DNA from: Candidatus Latescibacterota bacterium
Lineage (GTDB): Bacteria > Latescibacterota > UBA2968
Direction: 5' to 3'
NCBI GenBank assembly: GCA_965208125.1
Contig: OZ242320.1
Span: 1,248,001-1,312,000, forward strand
Length of the DNA: 64,000 nt
Shown: positions 1 through 8,500 of the stretch, one piece after another
Layout of the letters: the number at the start of each line of letters is the position of its first letter
How positions within the stretch are numbered: the first letter of the stretch is position 1
Translations under genes and position numbers: made by a program
Notes under the pieces: model-generated
Databases searched by the model: none
What the model was told of the DNA's origin: nothing
What the model saw: the letters and a program-made list of their open reading frames with translations, nothing else

Positions 1-2251
1 GTCCCAATCCCCAGAACGTGACCCATCTCATGTAATATCACTGTCCGCAGGGATCCTTCCTCTTCAATTTTCTGCAGGTCGGCCTTATCTAACCATATCT
101 TTCCAAGGATTGGCAATCTGTTGTCCTCCCGTATCCAAAACGGGGCTCCCTTCCCTGCAGTATCGCCGAAGCCGTCAATCTCGACAGCCCGCACAAATAT
201 CCTCAGGTCATCTACAATGTCATTAACGCGAATCCGCGTGCCCAAATCCGCGTCCCACTTGTTATACGGATTGGTCGAAAAGTCGGTATCCCTGAGGTCT
301 TCTGTAATGATCGACATCCAGTGCCTTGCCGCCTGCTGGAATACCGCCTTTTGAGAGGAAGTGAAGTCATCGTCGTTGACGAAGACGAGTTCGATATTGA
401 AGTCTCCGCGCGTACCCGACGTCGATTCCTGACCCGCCTCAAAACGCACATGCAAGTCATAGCTGCCAGTGTTATAGCCTTCCACTTCAATATAATAGGC
501 CCCCGGAAAGACCTGGCTCATTATTCCGAAATTATTTCCGCTTCCACTGTCGTCATCACTTGTCCAAAGATAAGGCACATCTCCATTTCCAATATCATAT
601 AGATAACCCCGAGTATCGATATTGCCTGTCGTGAAGACGGTCAACGCACCAGGCTTGCTTACCTGCACTTTGAAGTAATCTTTATCATTGAGGTTTTCTA
701 TCCATCCTATGCGATCAATGCCCAAAGAACCCGAAGTATTTAAAACGACCCATGAAAGGGCAGTCGCACCGACCCATGTATTGCTATCATCCGAATAAAA
801 AAGTGCATTCAAGGTATAGCTTCCGGTCTCTGATCCATAGCCTTCTACTTTGATGTAATAGGTGCCTGAATTTACGACATAATTTATTCCGAAATTATTT
901 CCGCTTGCACCGTCGTCATCAGTTTCAAAGTAGAACCAGAACTATTTTGTAGCGCACCTTGAGTATCGAGGTTGCCTGTCGTATAAACCGTCAACACACC
1001 GTATCCGCTGACCTGCACGCTGAAGTAATCTACATCAGTGCCGGTTTCTATCTGTCCTGATTTCTCGGCTTCTACATATCCCAGATCATCTAAATAAGTC
1101 ACCTGAATTGAGTCTAAAAACCCCCACCTGAGCCTGGTTGCGCCAGACCTATTATTGCTATGGTCATCGCTTGATTCGGAAATCTGCCAGTTCGCCTGGC
1201 CGGTGTTTCCATCGTCACAAGTGTAGCTTAAAACACCTCCCGTAATTGAACTAAAGGTAAGTTGGTTTCTGCAGCTACCACCGGAGTATTGATTATCATC
1301 ATAGTTTTGCGTAAGCGTGCCAGTATTCGGACCGGTATTCGAATATGTATAACTCCCTGGATAGGTAGAGGTATCTCCATCAGAGATTATGATTTCCCTG
1401 AAACGGCCAGCAGACACAAACTCAATAATAAAATTAAAATTTGATATTACTAAGCGTTTGCCAACCAAAAGGCTGTTGAATGCCTGCTGATCTACTGGCG
1501 CAAAACCAGAAGACGGGTTTGGACTGCCACCTCCACCACCTCCGCTCGGGGGAGATACAGATTTACCGAAGTCGTTGGTGAAGATCAAAAAATCTGGAAA
1601 GCCAATCGCGCCATCGCTATCCAGATCGTACTTCGCTTGATATGTCCCATCACCTCGGCTTGCCCCATACACACCTGCAAACTGCAGAAAGTCGACAAAG
1701 CCCACCATACCATCGCCATCAAAGTCAGGAGAAAGTGTGGCATTAAACCTGATCACATCTCTTGTTGTAATCTCGTCGCGCAATGACGCACTTTCAGCAA
1801 GCGTAACCTGCTTAATGCCAATAGAAAATTCCCGACCCGTTACATCTACAGCCGTAGTAAACTCAGCGCGTGCCAGAAAACCAGATGATGGCAAGGTGAC
1901 AGGTGCAGTAGCGGCGAAGTTTATGCCAGTCGCTTCTGGAATCGCAAAGAGAAACGCACTGTTCTCCGCTTTTTCAAACTTCAAAACAGACGTATCAAAG
2001 TCAAATATGACTTTCACACCAACCAGCGGTGTAGTCACACCTGTTGCGAAAACTTCAACCGCAATTTTTGTGCCCTGTCCAGAGACCGTGCCCGAAACAA
2101 CGCCATTATCTCTCTGATTACCCGACCCGCCATCGGGAATAAGATCAAGCGACAGTGTCGCACCAGCATTTGAACCAGCAGAGGCTTGACCCACAAATAC
2201 CAGTAATGCAAGAATAACTATGACGACAAAATTAGTGATCCATTTATACAT
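1..2251 (-). pseudogene. Secreted modular protein (cohesin-like + dockerin-like + two PPC-like repeats + HExxH zinc metallopeptidase), split by one frameshift near 926-930; runs off the left edge
   Basis: Signal peptide MYKWITNFVV...GQASA from ATG 2251. Paired EF-hand motifs DFDGDGMVGFVDF / DLDSDGAIGFPDF. The tracked ORF stops at 884, but a second frame from ~926 (ETDDDGASGNNFGI...) is open to position 1 and ends VILHEMGHVLGIG (HExxH at 18-32). The frameshift could be a sequencing error. Confidence 0.8.
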
Positions 2252-2292
2252 CTTTTTTGACGAATAGAGGAGGACCCTTTTGGGATCATACA

Positions 2293-2988
2293 CTATTTCC
2301 CGATAGGCAAGCCGATACCAACCTGAAGGGCAATAGACCGGTTCTTAACATCATCATTTTCTACTTTGCTAAACGATTGGACCCCCAAAGTGTACAGCAA
2401 TTCGACTAAGAATGTCATCCCTTCGGAAATCGCTATCTCAGTACCGATCCCTCCAGTAATGCCCAAGTCCACCGTCCTGGTCTTGACGAAGTCCCCACAA
2501 TCCACTGGTTTCCCTGTTGTTGACCCATCTGTACCCACGATTCCGCACTTGACATTGAACGCCACCGCCGGTCCAGCGAGCACATATATGGAAGTTGGGC
2601 CTCCGGGTGGGACGAGCGAGGCGATACCCAGGCCTGAAAATTCGATATAATCAAGGTTTGCACTGCCACTTAAATTATCAATGCCAAAAAAGTCCAAAAA
2701 GCCGTCTTCGACAACATCGGCTTGCCACCCTTTCTGCACATAGTTACCACTGAGTTGAAGGGCGAATCTATCCTGTATTGTGATAGTTGCAGAAGTACCG
2801 ACTTTGATGCCTGTACGCGCGCCCATGTCCAAGCCTTCTAGGGACGCGTCATCTCCGCCTATGGTCGCTCGACTCAAGCCTCCCCGAATAGCGATTGTTG
2901 TCTGCCCAAAAACAGGGATAGGATCGTGCAGGGCCGCCAAGGCTATTACACCCATGATAACGATGTAATGAAATGATAAGTGTTTCAT
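2293..2988 (-). CDS. Outer-membrane beta-barrel (porin/PorT-like family) protein
   Basis: AGGTGAGG RBS before ATG 2988. Signal-like N-terminus, alternating amphipathic strands (YVQKG, LDYIEF, KNRSIALQVGIGLPI). The ORF-track extension to 3204 runs through a non-coding repeat. Confidence 0.75.
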   Translation of the reverse strand: MKHLSFHYIVIMGVIALAALHDPIPVFGQTTIAIRGGLSRATIGGDDASLEGLDMGARTGIKVGTSATITIQDRFALQLSGNYVQKGWQADVVEDGFLDFFGIDNLSGSANLDYIEFSGLGIASLVPPGGPTSIYVLAGPAVAFNVKCGIVGTDGSTTGKPVDCGDFVKTRTVDLGITGGIGTEIAISEGMTFLVELLYTLGVQSFSKVENDDVKNRSIALQVGIGLPIGK

Positions 2989-3051
2989 ATCTATATACCT
3001 CACCTGTAAAAAAGATGATGCCAAAATGGTCTCTGATTGGTAGAATCGAAA

Positions 3052-3212
3052 AAAATGTAACTTGATGTTGTGGTTGTGGAACTTTACATTTTGATACAGA
3101 GCGGGTTGCGGTTTGCAAGACCGTTTCCTCTCTGTATGTTGCGGCAGAAGGCCACAGGCAGCCAAACCGAGCGGCCTTCTGCCATTCCCGCAGACATCAT
3201 ACATGTTTGCGG
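3052..3212 (-). ncRNA. Element II copy 1: three-hairpin structured leader/intergenic RNA of unknown family
   Basis: Near-identical to 4039-4200 and 12352-12513. Stems ccgcaaaca/tgtctgcgg, ggcagaaggcc/ggccttctgcc, atacagag/ctctgtat. Confidence 0.65.
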
Positions 3213-3241
3213 TACAGATCTCTCTTTTTTCTTTCTACCTT

Positions 3242-3736
3242 CTATTCTGCCTTCTTTATCTTCTCTATTTTGATCTGTACGGGTTGTGTTGAAATAAATT
3301 TCACCGATGCATCGCCAGAAGGGACAATTTTAACGGGTATATCGACAGCACCTGTTTGTTGGCTCGTAAGAGTAACGCTGATTCTCTCTGGGTATAAATC
3401 ATATAATGATCCTGCCATGTAATCTACCATGAGACCCACACCGGACCCGAGAAGATCAAGAAGGACAACTCCAATGTCCACTTTTTTTCTGATTCTCACC
3501 TGACGTGTCTCGTATCCTTCTTTTGAAATTGTAACATTATAATTCTGATTACGTTCCAATTCTGCTTCTGCTGGTGTGGTATATGTCTCGCCTTCTATAT
3601 CAACGGTGCTTCCTGGTGGTGTCGATCTAATGCTAATAAGTTGAGTAGAGCCATTAAGAATCAATCCACATCCAGAAAAAGAAAACAAAGAGAAAGTACA
3701 CAGCAATGCTAATGATACGGACAGGCAATTTTTCAT
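3242..3736 (-). CDS. PEGA-domain lipoprotein
   Basis: Lipobox FSG-C; PEGA-like STPPGSTVDIEG...TTP...VTISKEGYE; AAGGAAGGA RBS. Confidence 0.8.
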   Translation of the reverse strand: MKNCLSVSLALLCTFSLFSFSGCGLILNGSTQLISIRSTPPGSTVDIEGETYTTPAEAELERNQNYNVTISKEGYETRQVRIRKKVDIGVVLLDLLGSGVGLMVDYMAGSLYDLYPERISVTLTSQQTGAVDIPVKIVPSGDASVKFISTQPVQIKIEKIKKAE

Positions 3737-4038
3737 AACAACAATCCTTCCTTTTCTTAAAGGTCAAATACGTAACTAAATGTGAGTGATGTCTCATTGA
3801 TGGCGACTATAATCTATCACCCACATCAAATTCTTTTTTTGCACAAAACTAACACCGCGAAATTCTAAACTCAATGAGACGACATGCTTTCTGATCTTAT
3901 CCTCCTTTCAAAAGCAAATATTACTGATAGATTGAATTACCCTGCTCCGCATCTAGGTTAATACTTCTCGCCTAGTAACAGATCGGGCACAGACATAAGT
4001 TTTAAGCCTTCTCCTCCTTTCTCGTTGCATCAAACGGG

Positions 4039-4200
4039 AAAATGCAACTTGCTTTTGTGATAGTGGCACTTTACATTGTGAACAGAGCGGGTTGCGGTTT
4101 GCAGAACCGTTTCCCCCTCTGTATGTTGCGGCAGAAGGCCACAGGCAGCCAAACCGAGCGGCCTTCTGCCATTCCCGCAGACATAATTACCTGTTTGCGG
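4039..4200 (-). ncRNA. Element II copy 2
   Basis: Same three stems. Similarity to copy 3 extends to an RBS (gaaaggagg, ~4013-4021). Confidence 0.65.
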
Positions 4201-4261
4201 TTTTTTTTATAATAAGCGTTCAGCAGTCAGCAAAACAAGCTATTCGCTGATTTTCAGCAAT

Positions 4262-4299
4262 AAAAAAACCGCGTGTCCAGAACCAGATGACACGCGGTT
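4262..4299 (-). terminator. Intrinsic terminator between element I and element II
   Basis: aaccgcgtgtc-loop-gacacgcgg followed by a T7 run on the minus strand. Confidence 0.8.
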
Positions 4300-4320
4300 G
4301 ATTATTGTGCTATAAATAAT

Positions 4321-4496
4321 ACCGAATGCCATATCACCTATGGCATCCGGTTGCATTATAGAGCCGGTCAAATGCCACAGGCTGTTAGACTCTATCTATA
4401 GCCCAGATTGAGCTCGGCCCTTTCGGAAACCGAAACCATAGCATTTAACCGGCTGGAAGTTGCACAGTATATCCGGCCCCTCCAGCCGGTGCTATA
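4321..4496 (-). ncRNA. Element I copy A: candidate riboswitch/attenuator or sRNA
   Basis: Homologous to 12581-12770. Long helix ccggttaaatgctatgg/ctgtggcatttgaccgg encloses two hairpins. 3' hairpin accggatgccata/tatggcattcggt. Confidence 0.65.
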
Positions 4497-4515
4497 AATA
4501 AAGCCTAACGGCCTT

Positions 4516-4544
4516 ATATTACAACATAAAAGAATCGTTTGCAA
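4516..4544 (-). promoter_or_regulatory. sigma70-like promoter upstream of element I copy A
   Basis: TTGCAA-17 nt-TAATAT, about 20 nt upstream of the element. Confidence 0.55.
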
Positions 4545-4768
4545 GAAGAAATTGCTCATAAAATTTGCTGGCGCAGTCTGGTATAAAGCGGGCCAATCCA
4601 TAGATTGTACACCCCGCTTCAGTGTGGGGCAGGACCCAAAGTAAGACCACAATGTACATACACTCACAGGTACAGAGAGGTTTCAAATTTATTCATGCTG
4701 AGTCACCGAACAACACCAGTATCGCGTGATAAAGGAGCGTGGATTTGCGTTTTAACGCGAAGCAACAG

Positions 4769-4820
4769 CACAAAAAGAGAACGCCCCAGCATCGTTGTGC
4801 CGGGGCGTTCTCTTTTTGTG
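4769..4820. terminator. Bidirectional intrinsic terminator (related to the hairpin at 5741-5772)
   Basis: 19-bp perfect inverted repeat cacaaaaagagaacgcccc...ggggcgttctctttttgtg. Confidence 0.8.
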
Positions 4821-4910
4821 TATCAGGTAAACCAAAAAACGATTGTAAAAAAAGGCTTTTTCCAGACCCGTTCTCCGACCAGTTGCACCATTGCGCCTGT
4901 TCGTAACAAC

Positions 4911-5630
4911 TCAATGTACCAATTTGATGCCCCATTCAACACACCGCGTTTCGACTTCATCAAGCGGTGCCATGGTCACGATCACGCCATCGACTGTTTT
5001 ATCGGGGTGCAAAGTCCGCATCAACCCCACTTTATCGGCAAAGCGATCCACATCTTCCACCTCGCAAACAGACTTCACTTCAAACACCAGTAAAGTGCTG
5101 TTATAGACCAGAATATCGACTTCGTAGCGGCGCCCTGAAGGTCCAATCATGCCATCCTCATCTTCAAGAGGCTGTCGCAAACGCACATTTTCAGATACAA
5201 TATCGTCTCGCCCAAGAACCAATCTCATCGTGCCAGCAACAACATCCTCGAGTTTTCTGCCAGACCGCGTTTGGAAGCGTCCCACGATCATCTCAACCCA
5301 ATCTCTCAGATCGGAAAAACGCTGATCCATCTGGTCAAACCGTTCATCAACTTTCTCAAATCGCTCATCAACTTTCTCAAATCGCTCATCAACTTTCTCA
5401 AACCGTTCATTGACTTCCGACTGAAATGTATCCATGCCTGACCGAAATGTATCAAACTCGCCACGAAAATCGCGCAATTCAGAAAGGATTGCTGCGACTT
5501 CTTCCTTAGTAGCAAAAGTCCGCATAAAAGCCGTATAGACGCGCCGTTCCATCTCTGGATGGCGTGCAAGCAAAGCCGGCAACTGCTTCTCAAGCGTCTC
5601 TAATAATTCTTCATCTGTCAACAAGGCCAT
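4911..5630 (-). CDS. Coiled-coil + PD-(D/E)XK-fold protein (DUF3782-like)
   Basis: Heptad repeats ERFEKVD x3; C-terminal YEVDILV...FEVKS nuclease-fold motif; GAGG RBS. Confidence 0.75.
   Translation of the reverse strand: MALLTDEELLETLEKQLPALLARHPEMERRVYTAFMRTFATKEEVAAILSELRDFRGEFDTFRSGMDTFQSEVNERFEKVDERFEKVDERFEKVDERFDQMDQRFSDLRDWVEMIVGRFQTRSGRKLEDVVAGTMRLVLGRDDIVSENVRLRQPLEDEDGMIGPSGRRYEVDILVYNSTLLVFEVKSVCEVEDVDRFADKVGLMRTLHPDKTVDGVIVTMAPLDEVETRCVEWGIKLVH
5345..5407. repeat. 21-bp tandem repeat x3 encoding a coiled-coil heptad
   Basis: tcatcaactttctcaaa(t/c)cg(c/t) repeated. Confidence 0.85.
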
Positions 5631-5740
5631 CTCTCATTCCTCATTAGAATTTCCATAACGCAAGGCCAACTGTTCCAATGACCTTTATCAGATCAAAAGT
5701 AGCCGATTTCTATGGACCTGTCAACACTCCTCAATGAACT

Positions 5741-5772
5741 ACGCCCCAGCATCGAAATGCCGGGGCGTTCTT
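5741..5772 (-). terminator. Terminator-like hairpin downstream of the LRR gene
   Basis: acgccccagcat-cgaa-atgccggggcgt; no clear U-tract. Confidence 0.55.
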
Positions 5773-5884
5773 ATGTGTCAGGTAAACTCATCCTGAATTC
5801 ATACTATTCGCCATAGGGATTTGAGTCAACGCCATCGTCCACCCAATCCGAAATCCAATATAGTCTCTGATCGCTCTGCGGTCA

Positions 5885-7897
5885 TCAAAACTGCACCGTA
5901 ACTCCTCTGCCTTGAAGGGCTGGAATATGCGTGTTGATTGATGCGTCACTCAGAGGATTATCCCGCACATCAACCCTGTCTCCACTACCCCATCCCGTAT
6001 TTGCTACCAATGGCGAAAGGTCCGTGATTGAGTTATTGCGAAGCCATAATGTTTCTATATTGGTCAAGTTAGACAGCGGCGAAATATCCACGATTGAGTT
6101 ATAGTTAAGAACCAGATATGTCAGATGGGTTAAATCTGACAGTGGTGACACATCCGAGATGGTGTTATTGTTAAGAATCAGACTTGTCAAACTGGTCAAA
6201 CCGGACAGCGGGGACACATCCGAGATGGTATTACTGTTAAGCACCAGACTTGTTAAACTGGTCAAACCGGACAGTCCAGATATGTCCGAGATGCTGTTGC
6301 TGTCAAGACGTAGCCTTGTCAGGCGGGTCAACTCTGACAGTGCTGACACGGCCGAAATGGAGTTGTTGTGAAGAGTCAGATACGTCAGACTGGTCAAGCC
6401 TGACAGTGGTGACACATCCGAGATGCTGTTGCTGGAAAGACTTAGACTGCTCAGACTGGTCAAGCCTGACAGTGGTGAAAGGTCTGTGATCGAGTTGTTG
6501 GAAAGCAATAGCCTTGTCAGAATGATTGCAAACTCCAGACCGGTCAAATCGCTAATGTTCGAGTTCGGTGCATCAAGGCGGGTTAGAGTTGACATATCGC
6601 TTCTGGTGATCGTCTCGCCGCTCGACTTATCCAAAGCGTCCTCAATGGCAACACGCAGATTCGTGTCTGGGATGCTCACAGGCGTTGGGTCGATAACGTT
6701 AAAAACCACCCTAACCCCTCTATCTTGAAGGGCTGGAATGTGTGTGTTGATTGATGTTGTACCCAGAGGATTATCCTTCACATTAACATCGTCACCACTG
6801 CCTAATCCCGTATTTGCCACCAATGGCGCGAGATCGGAGATAGAGTTGTTTTGAAGCCATAGAGTTTGCAGATTGGTCAAGCCTGACAGCGGTGTGAGGT
6901 CAGAAATTGAGTTGTTGATAAGAATCAGCCCTTGCAGATTGGTCAAGTTAGACAGCGGTGAAAGATCCGTAATTGAGTTGTTGACAAGCAACAGCCCTGT
7001 CAGATTGGTCGCAAACTCAAGCCCGGTCAAATCGCTAATATTCGCATTCACTGCGGCAAAGAGGGTTAAGGTTGCCATCTCATCTCTGGAAATCGGAGCA
7101 CCACTCGCCTTGTTCAGACTGTCCTCAACCACAGCGCGCAGATTCATATCTGGAATAGAAACCATCCCTTCATCGCCACCATCAGAAGGAGACACCGTTT
7201 GACCATATTTACCTATAAGAATCCTCAAATCGCCCGCTGCAATCACCCCATCCCTATCCAGATCGTATTTCGCAACATCATCAGCTCGCCGAGACCCATA
7301 CACGCTGATCAGAAGCAGAAGGTCGGATTTACCGACAACACCATCCCCATCAAAATCGGGGGAAGGTGCGACATTAAACCTGATCACCTCTGTTGTTGTA
7401 ATAACATCCTCCACAGGCCTCGCGTTCGTATCTCCAGCAAGCACAATCCTCTTAATGCCAATAGAAAACTCTCGCCCCGTTACATCCACTGCGGTAGTAA
7501 ACTCTGCCCGTGCTAAAAAACCAGACTCAGACAAAGTCGCAGGTGAACTTGCTAATGTTCCCAAGACTGTACCAGTCGCTTCATTTTGAAGTGTAATCAG
7601 AGATGCACTGCTCCTGGCTCCGACATAGGCCAAAACAGACGCATCAAAATCAAATTCAATTCGTACACCAAGCAACGGCGTGGTCACACCTTTTGCGAAA
7701 ACTTCAACCGCGATTTTTGTCCCCTGTCCAGACACTCTACCTGAAGTAACGCCATCATCTCTCTCATTACCTGCCCCTCCATCGGCAATCAAATCAAGCG
7801 ACAAAACCGCATTCGCATTGGGACCAGCAGTCGTTTCTCCTGTACATATCAACAACCCAAAAAGGGTAAAAAACAATAATCCTTTTCTCAAAAACAT
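5885..7897 (-). CDS. Secreted cohesin-like + dockerin-like + internalin-type LRR protein (two capped LRR blocks)
   Basis: Signal peptide; N-domain similar to that of the 2251 gene; DFDGDGVVGKSDL / DLDRDGVIAAGDL; many 22-aa LxxLxLxxNxIxDxSPLSGL repeats; GGAGAGGAG RBS. Confidence 0.9.
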   Translation of the reverse strand: MFLRKGLLFFTLFGLLICTGETTAGPNANAVLSLDLIADGGAGNERDDGVTSGRVSGQGTKIAVEVFAKGVTTPLLGVRIEFDFDASVLAYVGARSSASLITLQNEATGTVLGTLASSPATLSESGFLARAEFTTAVDVTGREFSIGIKRIVLAGDTNARPVEDVITTTEVIRFNVAPSPDFDGDGVVGKSDLLLLISVYGSRRADDVAKYDLDRDGVIAAGDLRILIGKYGQTVSPSDGGDEGMVSIPDMNLRAVVEDSLNKASGAPISRDEMATLTLFAAVNANISDLTGLEFATNLTGLLLVNNSITDLSPLSNLTNLQGLILINNSISDLTPLSGLTNLQTLWLQNNSISDLAPLVANTGLGSGDDVNVKDNPLGTTSINTHIPALQDRGVRVVFNVIDPTPVSIPDTNLRVAIEDALDKSSGETITRSDMSTLTRLDAPNSNISDLTGLEFAIILTRLLLSNNSITDLSPLSGLTSLSSLSLSSNSISDVSPLSGLTSLTYLTLHNNSISAVSALSELTRLTRLRLDSNSISDISGLSGLTSLTSLVLNSNTISDVSPLSGLTSLTSLILNNNTISDVSPLSDLTHLTYLVLNYNSIVDISPLSNLTNIETLWLRNNSITDLSPLVANTGWGSGDRVDVRDNPLSDASINTHIPALQGRGVTVQF

Positions 7898-7989
7898 TTA
7901 CAACTCTCCTCTCCTATGTAGTGATGTGGTTTACGCAGAACCTGCACCCGTTCTGCTTCTTGCCCTTTCGGGATCCGAACGCCATATAG

Positions 7990-8005
7990 TGCAAAAAGCG
8001 TGCCA
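7990..8005 (-). promoter_or_regulatory. sigma54 (RpoN) -24/-12 promoter
   Basis: TGGCAC-GCTTT-TTGCA exactly fits TGGCAC-N5-TTGCW, ~90 nt upstream of ATG 7897. Confidence 0.7.
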
Positions 8006-8050
8006 ATATGAGCGTTGTTATAGATCTATATTCGTAAAGCGTTGTTTTAC

Positions 8051-8168
8051 AAAAAGAAAAAGAGCCAATCTAACTATATTATATCGTCGCAGAATAGTCG
8101 GATTGGCTCTTACACAAGACCCTATATCGTCTTAAAAGACGTAATAGGGTCTCAATAGTCCCGAGACC
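8051..8168 (-). ncRNA. Short structured RNA ending in an intrinsic terminator
   Basis: Overlapping hairpins ggtctc/gagacc and gaccctat/atagggtc, then aagagccaatc..actat/atagt..gattggctctt + tttctttttg. TTGCAA at 8198-8203. Confidence 0.5.
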
Positions 8169-8341
8169 ACAGTACATTCTTCATTATCATTTTTCGTTTG
8201 CAAGTGTGAGATGCAATGTATGAATTAGTTTTTTCCCATATCATAAGGTTCTCTATGACCAAACCACTTGATCCCACAGGCATCTAATGGCCGAGCGCAG
8301 GCTTGCATTTTGCGGTGTGTATATGTATCTTTGCACGCGAC

Positions 8342-8457
8342 AAAAACCTTCTGGATCGCGGCTCGACAGCACGCCCGATGACAGGCAAAAACCTCTGGAT
8401 TGCGGCTCGAAACCATGCCGCGATGACAGACGGGACGGCACAGGGGCCGTCCCCTAC
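8342..8457. repeat. Cluster of palindromic repeats: two CTGGA...TGAC units and one GTAG-type REP
   Basis: ctggat(c/t)gcggctcga...gatgac x2 (also at 19801); gggacggcacaggggccgtcccctac at 8432-8457. Confidence 0.75.
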
Positions 8458-8500
8458 AACACCATACCGCAATGACAACTAAAACCAAAGGAAAAAAATA

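Noticed and set aside
495-510. Second frameshift in the peptidase gene at the G run
   Set aside because: On recount there are five G residues, so the frame is intact.
2989-3204. N-terminal extension of the porin ORF, and the + strand ORFs over element II (3070-3273, 12355-12630)
   Set aside because: They run through the repeat and their frames are not shared by all copies. The RBS and signal peptide point to ATG 2988.
4389-4466. Short ORFs in element I as type I toxin peptides
   Set aside because: Length and sequence are not conserved between copies (MLWFRFPKG... versus MLWLRGLKE...), and they are not hydrophobic enough.
5885-7897. LRR repeats as a CRISPR array or as DGR template/variable repeats
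   Set aside because: They are in-frame 66-bp coding repeats. There is no spacer structure, adenine-specific variation, cas gene or reverse transcriptase.
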